DNA from: Podarcis bocagei
Taxonomy: Eukaryota
Strand: one strand, 5' to 3'
Length of the DNA stretch: 64,000 bases
Assembly (NCBI GenBank): GCA_964188305.1
Contig: OZ076896.1
Positions 51,873 to 63,514 of this stretch are shown here, one piece after another; positions within the stretch are counted from its first letter, which is position 1, and each line of letters begins with the position of its first letter. Under the pieces are notes generated by a model. It saw only the letters and a list, made by a program, of their open reading frames with translations, was not told the DNA's origin and made no database searches. A program made the position numbers and the translations under genes.

Positions 51873-52455
51873 CTTGGGGAAAATAATAAAATTTGAGGGG
51901 GAAAGATAGAATAAGTGAATAAACCAACATGAACAGATATTTTGCAACAATACTCATTCTTACTAAGTCTGCAAAATTTCACCCAAATGGGGTGAATTAA
52001 AGTTTTCTAAAAGAGTTATGGCAGCCAAGTTGATTTGATTCCAATAGTTCTGACCTACAGTTCTGACATCAGAAGTGAGGAGGAAGAGCAGCTGGACTGA
52101 TTTTTTTAAAATAATGATTGCAAGTTGCAGCACAACTCTTCAAAATAAATAAATAAACTGGTGCAACCCAGTCCTATGCGTGCTTCTTGAAAACAAAGTT
52201 CCACCAAGTTCAATGTGACAATATTCCAAAGTATATATAAGGCTGTAGCCTTAGATGATTTGTGTTTAGTCAGTACAAGGAGACAAATACAATGCTTCTA
52301 AGAGTAACTTGATGGTAAAAGAACCAATGCATCTACAAAACACATATCAATGAAATTTCAACATTTAATATTGTTTCTCAACCTATTTAGGTTTTATAGT
52401 TTAAATTCCATGCAAATCACATGTATTACATTTAATTCCATGTAATTTCCTCTCC

Positions 52456-52710
52456 GATGAAGATGAAGAAGAGTTTGGATTTGATATCCCGCCTTTCACT
52501 CCCTTTAAGGAGTCTCAAGGCGGCTAACATTCTCCTTTCCCTTCCTCCCCCACAACAAACACTCTGTGAGGTGAGTGGGGCTGAGAGACTTCAGAGAAGT
52601 GTGACTGGCCCAAGGTCACCCAGCAGCTGCATGTGGAGGAGCGGAGACACGAACCCGGTTTCCCAGATTACGAGACTACCACCCTTAACCACTACACCAC
52701 ACTGGCTCTC
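52456..52710 (-). mobile_element. Squam3-like SINE, full length
   Basis: Head GAGAGCCAGTGTGGTGTAGTGGTTAAG; (TTC)n tail. Confidence 0.87.
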
Positions 52711-52756
52711 CTGTTCTCAAGTTCATCTAATCTTTGCAGTTCACTGTCCATAAGTA

Positions 52757-52965
52757 CAGTGATACCTCGGGTTACAGACGCTTCAGGTTACAGACTCCAC
52801 TAACCCAGAAATGGTACCTTGGGTTAAGAACTTTGCTTCAGGATGAGAACAGAAATCATGCGGCGGCAGCGGGTGGCCCCATTAGTGGTACCTCAGGTTA
52901 AGAACAGTTTCAGGTTAAGAATGGACCTCCAGAACGAATTAAGTTCTTAACCCGAGGTGCCACTG
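52757..52965 (+). mobile_element. MITE family A
   Basis: TA TSD and TIRs. Confidence 0.87.
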
Positions 52966-53629
52966 TAACATATTTCCCCCCACATCCACTAAAATCAACA
53001 GATTCTTTTTTTAAAGGATTCGTTTTTTAAAACAATGATGGATGACAGCAGACTTAGGTGTCTGTACTATAAAAACTGTCTACATCCCAATCCACCGAGA
53101 ACACCCTTTGAAGAAATTGAGAGCTTCTGTCGTACGACAGAAAGGATATTCAGCTCAAGGAATGCTTCCAAGAGCTTTAGTTTAAGAAAATCCCAGGACA
53201 GTTGCAACAATCATAAAACACACTTAGTCAAAAACATAGGGTAAAAATAGTAAAGTTAAAACAAACTCAGTTTGCCCACAGGGAGATCTGCATAAGCAAA
53301 AAGATAATTTACCCAGCTTAGAAAAGAAATCAAATTGGGTGCCAGATAAGTCCGATGGGGTGGGGTTGTCAATGCAGTGCATTCTCTCCTGTTATCACTT
53401 GTCTCCCTTCAAAATAGGAGGAGGGAAGAGACCTCTGGTATTAGTATTCATCCAGGCTCATGTGAGGCATTAATGGTCCTTATAATATTTAGCTAGTAAA
53501 GAATTCTCAACTAGGTTTATTATCATTTCCTAGTTTTGTATATATGTCCCAATTCTTCAGAACTGCCACAAGATATGAAACACTTCAGAAGAAAACAATA
53601 AGGATCAAAGGACATCAAAAGCAATAGAG

Positions 53630-54076
53630 GTTCACAAACCTCCGGAAGTCCATTCTTAAACCAAAGCATTATTAAACCAAGGCACGCTTTCCCTAATGAG
53701 GCCTCCCACTGCCGGTGCCCTTCCACGGTTCGGCTTCCGTTCTTAGACCGAGGTAAAGTTTGCAAACCGGGACACTACTTCTGGTTTTGCGGAGTTCGTA
53801 AACTGAATAGTTCGTAAAACAGGGCTGTTCGTAGACTGAGGTACCACAGTTGTACCTTGGATCCCAAACACCTTGCGAGTCAAACGTTTTGGCTCCCGAA
53901 CGCCGCAAACCCGGAAGTGAGTGTTGCGGTTTGTAAACGTTCTTTGGAACCCAAACATCCGAAGGGGCTTCTGCTGCTTCCTGCAGCAAATCAGAAGCTG
54001 TGCTTTGGTTTCTGAATGTTTTGGAAGTCGAACAGTCTTCTGGAACGTATTCCGTTCGACTTCCAAGGTACGACTG
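53630..54076 (-). mobile_element. Two abutting Tigger-like MITEs (53630-53846 and family D 53847-54076)
   Basis: Termini GAGGTACCAC and CAAGGTACGACTG-TA; relatives at 60385 and 27956. Confidence 0.75.
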
Positions 54077-54354
54077 TATTGTAAAGCCTATTCCAAATTA
54101 ATGATTGTTCAAAGACAAGGTGCAGCTCCCTGAACAAAGTGAGATTTCATCCCAAGGGATTCAGGGCCATCGGCACCGTATGAGACAAGCCACCTGCAGG
54201 GTCAGTAAGATCACCCATACCTCTTGACAAAGCCAACTTTTATTCATATTAAAATTATTTAATTTCCACATCCTACATACTTTGAATTTAGATGGTTGAC
54301 ATTGTTCCAAGATATGACTGGCCATGAAATTAATGGGCAGCACTGTGTACTTAC

Positions 54355-54541
54355 CTGTGATGAATGTTTCCAGAATGAATGGCTTCAGGAGGAACTCTCC
54401 AGGGACAACTGACTCTTCCTCCAGGAAGGCGCTTAAAATCAAATTGGCAGCAAATTTTAGGATCTGGTCCACAAGTGTGAGGAATATCATAGCTATAAAA
54501 AGGCATCATGTGGCAGAGAATATCCGTATTAGATCCCAAAT
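54355..54541 (-). CDS. MAN2A1: MAN2A1 exon 7 (187 nt)
   Basis: TTCTAG|AT...ACAG|GTAAGT; [43 protein letters not shown]. Confidence 0.97.
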
Positions 54542-54684
54542 CTAGAATTAAAATAGGCAAGATAAAGATAAAAGGAATACTCTGTCCTTTCTCATTCATA
54601 TCTCATTCATGCCCATTACATGACATGCCTTTTCTCTAACCAGAACAACATTTCAGATAATTTTTATTTCCACCAGTAAAACAT

Positions 54685-55066
54685 GGTAAAGGTAAAGAAC
54701 CCCTGGATGGTTAAGTCCAGTCAAAGGGTGACTATGGGATTGTGGCGCTCATCTCACTTTCAGGCTGAGGGAGCCGGCGTTTGTCCACAGACAGCTTTCT
54801 GGGTCATGTGGCCAGCATGACTAAACTGCTTCTGGCACAACGGAACACTGTGACGGAAACCAGAACACAGGGAAAGGCCGTTTACCTTCCCGCTGCAGTG
54901 GTACCTATTTATCTACTTGCACTGTCATGCTTTCAAACTGCTAGGTTGGCAGGAGCTAGGACAGAGCAACAGGAGCACACCCCACCACGGGGATTCGAAC
55001 CGCTGACCTTCTGATCGGCAAGCCCAAGAGGCTCAGTGGTTTAGACCACAGTGCCATCTGCATCCC
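54685..55066 (-). mobile_element. Sauria SINE
   Basis: TSD ATTTCCACCAGTAA (54666-54679, 55067-55080). Confidence 0.92.
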
Positions 55067-56101
55067 ATTTCCACCAGTAATTAGCTCCAGGTATGCTCTT
55101 TGGCCTGTACTTTTTTTGACAAGTCTACTGACGTAATACGGAAGTCCATGTGTGGTATCTATGTCACTTTAGGCCATGTCTCCCTAGGTCTGTTATTTAG
55201 TGCGCCCATTTAGAAGGACCCATCATGAGCCAAAAAACTGTCATTCCATCTTATCAGCTGACAGAATTAGTACTTTAATAATTTCCCATTCTATAATCTG
55301 AAATTGCAGTTGGAAGGCCTTTGGAAGACTGTTGGACCACAGCCAACTGTAACAAGTTTTGCAGCTATAAATGGTCTTATGACATAAGCTACCTCCCATA
55401 CCTATGGGCCTGGTAAGCTTTGCAAACCTGGCAATGATACCCAAACTGCTAATAATTCGCCACACAGCAAAAATAATTCACTGTATATTCAATCCAGTAA
55501 GCTTCTGTTATTCGAGTTAACATGGTGACCAGATTTATTGCTCACAAATATTTCAATAACTCAGCGACTTAAAGATAAATATAACAGTGTTAAGTAAAGG
55601 ATAGTGCAGAGAAACCCAGCGAAATACAATGCCAGGTAACCCTGAAATGCCAAATTCAATACGGAAGAGATTGAAACAGCTTCAGAAGCAACAGGTCTAA
55701 GCCCCAGCTCAAAAACATAGAAACGCCATCTTAATAAAGCAGTCTATCATTAGAGACTTACAAACATTGTGTTTCTAAAAAGGAGACTTTGAAAGTTGAT
55801 CATCTTCATCAGTGCATTTAAGCTAACCCAGGTGGGGGGGGGGAGGGAATGTTTCCAATCCTTAGACCCAACCCATCTACTCCAAGCTTTCCTCAATTTT
55901 TATTTTATAAAATTCCTTTATTATCTTTGTTAGCACTGTCTACTCTGCAGAGGCAAAGAAGGAAGGGAAACCAAGCAGCCCCCAAAATAGGGTAAACTAA
56001 ATTTTGATCAATTCCACCACCCAGTTTTACTCAATGGATTTTTTTCAAAGCAATGTCAAAAATTTTGCCTGCTGAACACAAAACAAGAATACTGGCAAAT
56101 A

Positions 56102-57080
56102 CAGTGGTACCCCGCAAGACGAACGCCTCGCGAGACGAAAAACTCGCAAAAAGAAAGGTTTTTTCGTTTTCGAGTTGCCTTGCAAGACGAATTTCCCTAT
56201 GGGCTTGCTTCGCAAAACGAAGCTTGCCCCGGGGACAGTGGGTCTTCTCTTTTGAAGCAAGGGGCGGCGGGGAGATCGCTTCTCCCCACCGCCCCTTGCT
56301 TCAAAAGAGGTCCGGGGGCAGCGGGAAGCGCTCCCGCTGCCCCCGGACCTCTTTTGAAGCAAGCGGCTGCGGGGAGATCGCTTCTCTCCGCAGCCGCTTG
56401 CTTCAAAAGAGGTCCCGGACCTCTTTTGAAGCAAGGGGCTGCGGGGGGATCGCTTCTCCCGGTGCTCCGAAGCGGGGCGGGGGGGCGGGAACACCTTCCC
56501 CCACCGCCCCGCTTCAGAACGGTGTTCCGAAGCGGGGTGGGGGGGCGGGAACACCTGCCCCAGCCGCCGGGCTTCGTAGCGCTGCTGCGAAGCCGGCGGG
56601 GGGGGCGGAAACACCTGCCCCAGCCACCCCGCTTCGGAACGCTGCTCCGAAGCGGGGTGGGGGGGCGGGAACACCTTCTGAAGGCGGGTGGGGGGCGAAA
56701 GTCTTTGTCCCCCCTGCCTGCCTTCCCAGGGGCTTTTAAATCACCCCGGACAGCGGAGAAGTCCTCCGCTGTCCCGGGGCGATTTTAAAATGCCGCCCGC
56801 CAGCATTTTAAGATCGCCCGGACAGCGGAGGAGTCCTCCGCTGTCCCAGGGTTTTTTAAAATGCTGGGGGTGGGAAGAAAAGCCCTTGTCCCCCCCCCCA
56901 GCCTTCAGAAGAGGTCCGGGGACAGACTGTCCCCGGACCTGGTCTGAAGGCGGTTTCCCTAGGAACGCATTAATTGATTTTCAATGCATTCCTATGGGAA
57001 ACCGTGCATCGCAAGACGAAAAAACCGCAAGACGAAGAGACTTGCGGAACGAATTAATTTCGTCTTGCGAGGCACCACTG
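56102..57080 (-). mobile_element. MITE family B long form (979 bp), inverted relative to the 11999 copy
   Basis: TA TSD; arms near-identical to the reverse complement of 11999-13050, with different array copy numbers. Confidence 0.92.
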
Positions 57081-57410
57081 TAGTCTGTTTAGAGCCATAA
57101 CCACACTTTCTTGAGCCACAGATACAATCATAATCTCGTTTGTTGCATAATTTTAAATCCCTTAATTATATATTGTACATTGGCCTTGGGGTTCTTTGTA
57201 GTATTGCTTAACAATATGTTGTGTGCTTTGCTTATTAGTTCTTGTTGTGTATGTCAAACTTTGAAATTGGCAAGTGTGCTGTACAAAGAATTCGGGACAC
57301 TACATTTCCTTGCATAAATTTAACATGCCAAATATAGTTGAGACAACTTCCTACAGCAATGGAGGATTAAGTTTAATAAGACAGTTTTCTGGTGCCAAAT
57401 AGTTTCCAGG

Positions 57411-57572
57411 CTAGGTCTGCCATATGTCCGGATTTTTCTGGACATTACCAGGATTTTCAAAGGTGGAATTGACATCCAGAGGAATTTTTGAAAAGCAGCG
57501 CTTTGTCCTGGATCTTAGGCAAGTCAACCTTTGGGGTGCCCTGATTTTTACTTTTTGAAATATGGCAACTTT
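57411..57572. mobile_element. Degenerate hAT (Blackjack-like) MITE
   Basis: TAGG..TGCCATAT ... ATATGGCAAC..TA inverted termini. Confidence 0.5.
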
Positions 57573-58519
57573 AGCCCAGGCACTTTCCAACATTTGTTTG
57601 CCTCTGTAAGTATAACCTTTGCCTCTGTCTCAAATAGAAAGAACTGCTTGAAACACTTTCCATCTTCAGTTTTCCAAAGCAAACTCCAATTATTCCTCAA
57701 TCACTAAGGACAAAGAAAGAATCTCTTTGTTTGCCAGCATGAGCTTTAAATAGCCATATTACATAGTCACTCCTGGCTTTTCAAACTTTAAGGTGCTGCT
57801 TTCAGTACTTTATGTGATATGACATAGGTGAGCTCCACATGCAATTTCTTGAAGGTCACTGAGCATTTTCAGAGTTCTGTAAAAGTAACACTCATTTAAC
57901 ACCTTAACATCCTTGTGACCTGCAATCTGGAAATAGCTAAAAGGAGTATAAAGAAATGTCAAAAATAATCCTATTTTCCACTGCTGATCCCTTCCCCATG
58001 ACATGGCTTCAATGAACACTGACCAACCTGATTACAATTATTGTATATTTTAACCTACTATCCACCACAGTTTTCAAGAAAAAATCTGTTATGAAGACCT
58101 GTTTTGACAATTCCAGTGCAAGATTAACGCTGGGCAAGTGTGAACGCTGTACTAAACCATGGTTTAATTCTAAATGGCGGCGCCTCAGCATGCCTGAGAG
58201 AAGCAGATTCACATATTTCCCTCTACCCCGTGCTAAACGTTAACCAACCACTGTTGTAAGTCAGAATTCCTGACTTATCCATAAAACTAAGTCAAGGTTA
58301 TTTGAAACTGAAAGCAAACATGACAGAAGGTCTCCTCCTGACTGCAAGAGACTTAGGCTCCATCACATAGCGCTAAACCATGGTTTAGCATTATGTGCAA
58401 ACCAGCCCATTATCTTTTCATTTCTGAATAGCTATATTTTTGTGTTTCAGCAAAACCGAGCAAGACTCCTGCAGCACCTTACAAACTGAAATTTATTATA
58501 GTATGAGCTTTCATTAGAC

Positions 58520-59060
58520 CAGTGTTTCCCAACCGGTGTTCCGCGGCACACTAGTGTGCCGTGAGACATCGGCTGGTGTGCCGTGGGAGGGAGGCGGGCG
58601 AGTCGGGCGGCGAGAGGCGGCGGCGGCGAGGATCCGCGTCGAGCCGGGGGCGGCTCCGCGGTGGTGGTGCCGAGCGGCGGGGCAGCGCGCGCAAAAGGGA
58701 GGAGCGCGAGACAGCGGAGGAGGAGGAGGCCGGCATGTCCGGGCAGCAGCAGCAACAACAGCAGCAGCAACTCCCGGCGACGGCTCCTCAAGCCCCGCCG
58801 CCGCCCCCTCCTCCGCCCGCTATCGCCGCCACCACCACAACAGCCGCCGCCGCCTCAGCTGCCGCCGTCCCTCAGTCCCTCGCTCTGCTGCCTCCTCCCA
58901 CCCCGGCAAGGGGGAGGGAAAAAACTTTCACTTTTGTGCGTCCCTCCCGGCGTGACGCTGCGCGCTGATGTCACGGGGCGGGGCTTTAATGGTGGTGTGC
59001 CGCGAGATTTTTTTCCGGTAAACAGGTGTGCCGTTGCCCAAAAACGTTTGGGAAACACTG
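58520..59060 (+). mobile_element. Non-autonomous hAT (Charlie-type) element with gene-like cargo
   Basis: 13-bp perfect TIR CAGTGTTTCCCAA; perfect 8-bp TSD CATTAGAC; subterminal GTGTGCCG at 58554, 58576, 58995 and 59026. Confidence 0.93.
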
Positions 59061-59271
59061 CATTAGACTAAAGTCTAGTGCATCGGATGAATAGTGTATT
59101 GCATGTAGTTCTATAAATCATTTTGAAGTTACAAATTAGTTCTGAAGATAGCAACATAGAAAACTGTATTATCTATTAAATGTTCCGGGTCAAAGCAAGA
59201 CCTTTCAGTTTCAAAGTATTTGTTGCTATGACAGTTCTTGGCATAAGGTCATGCAAAAAAAGAATACATAC

Positions 59272-59445
59272 CCCAATTCTGTCTCCAGAAAAATTCTAGT
59301 GTCTTCTGGGCTGCATGATACTTTTTAATTGAATAATGAACTCTCTGTATAAGCATATTGGAAAATCCAGTGCGTTTCAAAAGATAAGCCATGGTTGGTG
59401 AATGTCCAAAGGGATCAACTGCCCAACCAGATTTTGGTTTCACTC
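59272..59445 (-). CDS. MAN2A1: MAN2A1 exon 6 (174 nt), catalytic nucleophile motif
   Basis: TTATTAG|GA...TGGG|GTATGT; [22 protein letters not shown]...FFWRQNW. Confidence 0.97.
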
Positions 59446-60384
59446 CTAATAAAAAAAGAATACATGTTGAAAATGCACGCCATAGTGGAATAAAAATGAA
59501 AGTGCACCTTGTCTTGCACAGTTAAGATCTCATCCTATAGAAACTCAAATCCTTACCACTTAACTACGTTAAAAGAGGGGGGGGGCAGAAATTTAATTTA
59601 CTTATCAGGGAAGAGCTTTTATAATTCGGCTAGTGTTTGTTTATGCACCTGCGGATTCACAGAAAATAAATATTTTTTTTCTCGTATCAAAAATGTCTGG
59701 CTCGCACCCCTAACCAATTATGCAAGAATGAAAACAAAACAGTATGGCTAAAAATGACATTCCACTTGTCTACAGGACTGCAATTATACTTTACTAATTG
59801 AAGTTGTTGTTTTTCAAGTGGCATTTATTTTAAGGATTCTTTCTATGCAATTTTTAATTGCTTAAGTTTCGAATTAAACATTGGGAATGTCAAGACTGCA
59901 ATCTCTTAATAATTAAGAGACTAGCATGCTCATCCTCCCACATGTAAAGTCACCCTCCTTTTTTAAAAGAAACTAACCACCTTGCACTATTATGTCGGCA
60001 CCAATTTTAACCATTAGTAGATCAATCATGTTTTTTTTCTTCAAAGCAGGGCACTTTGAAGCTTGCCGTGATTAGGATTACACTACAATAGATTATGACC
60101 AGGAAAGCATTTAAAAATGATTACTATGGCAAACCACTGCAGTATATGGATAAAAATAATCAATAGCAATAAGTAACTGAATTGTTTATTTTGATCTGTA
60201 GGTGGTAAAAATCTGCTGCATTAACAGTGTTAGGCTTAAGTGAGTTCTCTTATGTGTTTTCACAATGACATCTGCTTCCTCTATAACTCTGGTATGGTAA
60301 AGCGAGTTTCACCATATAAAACTCAAAGGTACACTATTACATAAACTAACAACAGTTATTTATAACTTTCCTGCAACTAATGTA

Positions 60385-60623
60385 CAGTGGTACCTTGGTT
60401 TAAGAACAGCTTAGTTTATGAACAACTTGGATTGAGAACGCTGCAAACCCAGAAGTAGGTGTTTTGGTGTGTGAACTTTGCCGTGGAATAAGAACATGTT
60501 TCGCTTCCTGTTGAGTGTGTTCCATTTGTAAACTGAGTCCCACTGAGTCCCCCACTGCTATGGGAAAGCATGCCTTGGTTTAAGAACGGACTTCCGGAAT
60601 GGATTAAGTTTGTATACCAAGGT
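60385..60623 (+). mobile_element. Degenerate Tigger-like MITE
   Basis: TA-CAGTGGTACCTTGGTTTAAGAAC start; related to the 53630 element. Confidence 0.7.
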
Positions 60624-60741
60624 TGTCAATATTGAAAATGCAATCATTTAATTAACGGAAAACAGTTTTTCTAAAATACTGTTAATGAAATAAAGTACCT
60701 TGTCACAATGAAATCACAAGGCAAAAGTTACATGAACCCAC

Positions 60742-60869
60742 CTAGTGCCTTCTCTAGCCATTGATGCCCTTCTATCAGCTGGTCAATTATAGCAAAATAG
60801 TGAGCAGACGCTTCGTCAGGCATGACCCATCCCCCTGTTACAATTTCAAACTGTCCATCTTCAATTAAC
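60742..60869 (-). CDS. MAN2A1: MAN2A1 exon 5 (128 nt)
   Basis: TTTTCAG|G...CTAG|GTGGGT; [43 protein letters not shown]. Confidence 0.96.
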
Positions 60870-61004
60870 CTGAAAAACATATTTACTGAACTTTTATTCA
60901 TGCATGTAACTATTTCCAATCAATATGTTATCTGGAGTAGCAACATACAGTGGTGGCAGCAATGATACTTAAATATTAACAATACTTCACCATGCCATAG
61001 ATGT

Positions 61005-61350
61005 TGTGGTGAAAGAAGAATGGCAACTTAAGTTGACAGAATACGCGCAGCTTGCAGACTTAACATACAGAATAAGAGAACAATGAGAACATACGTTTAG
61101 AGAAGACTGGAAAACATTGATTGAATATATGAGAAATAATTGTGTACAGCTGAAAACGCTGGCAGCATTAAGATAAACTCAACAGTGTTAATAAGCTTTG
61201 ATGGATGCAATAATGGAATACTGAATAGTATAGTTTTTGTAAAATATGCAGGGTTTATGATATGTAACACGAACCATGGAAAGAGAAGTCATTTATATCT
61301 TAAGGATGTAAAAATGAGTATTTTAAATTGTAAAACAGAAAATTTAATAA
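61005..61350 (+). mobile_element. L1 3' end remnant
   Basis: KEEWQLKLTEYAQLADLTYRIRE..WKTLIEYMRNNCVQLKTLAALR*, then 3'UTR and AATAAA. Confidence 0.78.
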
Positions 61351-63008
61351 AAATTATATACAAACAACAATACTTTCACCATGCAACAAGACCATTCTTA
61401 GCCCTCTGTAAAATGTTAAGAAGCAGATTCTATTAGGAATCATATACACAATTAACCATCTTTCTTGGTATGGAACATCTTCTAACGATAAAATCATTTT
61501 CAAGGTGACTGGTCCGAAACTCAGCAGCATTGAGCCCCGCACCCTCAGCCCATCAACTGACGTCACCCAGTGACATCAGCGGATGGACAGGTGGCTGTGG
61601 TTTGGGGTGATTGGCCTGTGAAACAGAGTCTTCACCCCTTGTCTAAAACCTGCTTTACTCAAGCTTTGGAAGAGCTGAACTCTCAATTCTATAGAAACCG
61701 AAATGCTCTAAAAGCTTCAGCTTTGACCGCTCTGAACAGCACCCTCTTGAAATAAGAATGGCCACAGGGAGTATCTTAAATCAAACTTAAGCACTTTTTC
61801 ACTCCTAACGTATTTCCATTGTGTAGCTGGCATGTTCAGTGGGATTAAGACAGTGTGACTTAAATCAGTGGGTTCAATAAAGTGCAACTGTTGACAGACT
61901 GTGCTTATATTTTAAACATGGGTGGATTGTCTGTCCTCCCCCCACCTATTATAAAAAGATGTTTCATTCTCAAGTTGCTGTACTAACCTGAGTTAGCAAT
62001 AGTTTACCCTCGTTTGTTTAGAAAAGGTTGGCAGGTAATCTATCTCTAGAAAGCAGCTATTTATATGACACAGGCAATTCACCTGGAATACCCATCCCTC
62101 TGCCCATGTCCAGATTTTAAAAGCCATATCCCTTGGACTAAATTAAGAAAAACAGGAAGATTGAGACGGAGTTAATTTCCTTTGGGCCCTTTTCCACTTC
62201 CTTCTCCCTCAAACCCGTAGGCAGCTGCCAGTTCTAGTTTTTATTCATGAGAATAAATAAACTCTTTGCTCAAGCTTCCTCATCATTCCCTTCAATACTT
62301 GTTCCTCAGAGAAGATGACCACTAAAAGTAGCTCACATAGTGCGGACAGCAGAATTTGTAGACGAAAAGCCAATGGAAAAGTGTGTCCAAAAATGGGCTC
62401 CAAGGGGAACACACTGCAGATTTTATCAACTTCTGCCCTAATAACGTATGTGCAGACAAATCTGAAACAAATGTTGAACATTCCAATTTGTGTGGCTGTG
62501 AAAAATGAAAGTATATATATTTACACTGTTATTCCTAAAGCGTGAAATCCATGCACGGAAATTCACTTTGATCTAGCTTCTGTGTCTTAATGCAAGTCAA
62601 AAGTGTCTAATTGCCAATTACCAAGTCATTATAAATTAGCAGCAGTATCAAAGAGGACTTTCTTACAATCAATAAATAATTTGTTGATTAGTACCTCTTC
62701 TTCTTTTTAAATTGAGACTAACAGGATTTTTAACAGAATGTGAGGATCCCACAAATTATGTTCTAGCTCAGTAGCCCAAGAGGTTCCTTCATTGCTGCAA
62801 AAAACTTTTGGAGCAGGCAGGCTGAGTGTCCCGGACATTAAGGAGATCCAGAGACACCCCAGTAATAGAATTTACATTGCCATATACAGTACCCGGTCCT
62901 TCTTCCAATCTAAGGCTTCTCTTCCTCAGCACAGATCAAGCATCTTAGCTAGGCCCTGCAAGCATTTCCCTTCTTTACTGTTTATGCTGGATTTTGGTGG
63001 AAGGTACT

Positions 63009-63156
63009 GTGCTCCTAGCTCAAGTTGGCAGAGCACGAGACTCTTACTCTTAGGGTTGTGGGTTCAAGCCCCACGTTGGGAAAAGGATCCCTGCGTTGCA
63101 AGGGGTTGGCCTAGATGACTCTCATGGTCCCTTCCAACTCTTTAATTCTATGATTC
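63009..63156 (+). mobile_element. Short SINE: tRNA-Lys(CTT)-derived head plus CR1-derived tail
   Basis: CTAGCTCAAGTTGGCAGAGCACGAGACTCTTA..GGGTTCAAGCCCCACGTTGGG, then a tail matching CR1 23557-23625. Confidence 0.85.
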
Positions 63157-63282
63157 CTTGACACAAAATGGCAAACACAGAGGAGTCAAGTTTGCGGCAA
63201 GAAAAAGGCACACCACAATTTGCCATGGCAGCTAAATGAATCTCCCTGCCTGTTGCTGTATCACAAATTCAGCATCTGAGTA

Positions 63283-63514
63283 CAGTGGTACCTCGGGTTA
63301 CGTACGCTTCAGGTTACAGACGCTTCAGGTTACAGACTCCGCTAACCCAGAAATAGTGCTTCAGGTTAAGAACTTTGCTTCAGGATGAGAACAGAAATTG
63401 TGCAGAAGCAGAGTGGCGGCCCCATTAGCTAAAGTGGTGCTTCAGGTTAAGAACAGTTTCAGGTTAAGAACGGACCTCCGGAACGAATTAAGTACTTAAC
63501 CCGAGGTACCACTG
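63283..63514 (+). mobile_element. MITE family A
   Basis: TA TSD; perfect TIR CAGTGGTACCTCGGGTTA. Confidence 0.9.

Larger units (their letters stand above)
22412..60869 (-). other. MAN2A1: Golgi alpha-mannosidase II gene, coding span of exons 5-22 (5' exons outside window)
   Basis: 18 GT-AG exons join in one frame (2746 nt, 915 codons after a phase-2 start). GH38 motifs [18 protein letters not shown] and [10 protein letters not shown] are present. YDIPHTCGP, the C-terminus MEINTYRIQLR and long introns favour MAN2A1 over MAN2A2. Exon numbers are from recalled human structure. Confidence 0.96.

Noticed and set aside
58561-58968. Independent 135-aa nested gene
   Set aside because: Wholly inside a TIR/TSD-bounded element, with a non-ATG start in the TIR-proximal arm; treated as transposon cargo
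22412-60869. Assignment to MAN2A2
   Set aside because: C-terminus RIQLR, the YDIPHT motif and large introns fit MAN2A1 better; reciprocal BLAST or synteny would settle it
63009-63082. Functional tRNA-Lys gene
   Set aside because: Acceptor stem broken, several substitutions, and fused to a CR1 tail
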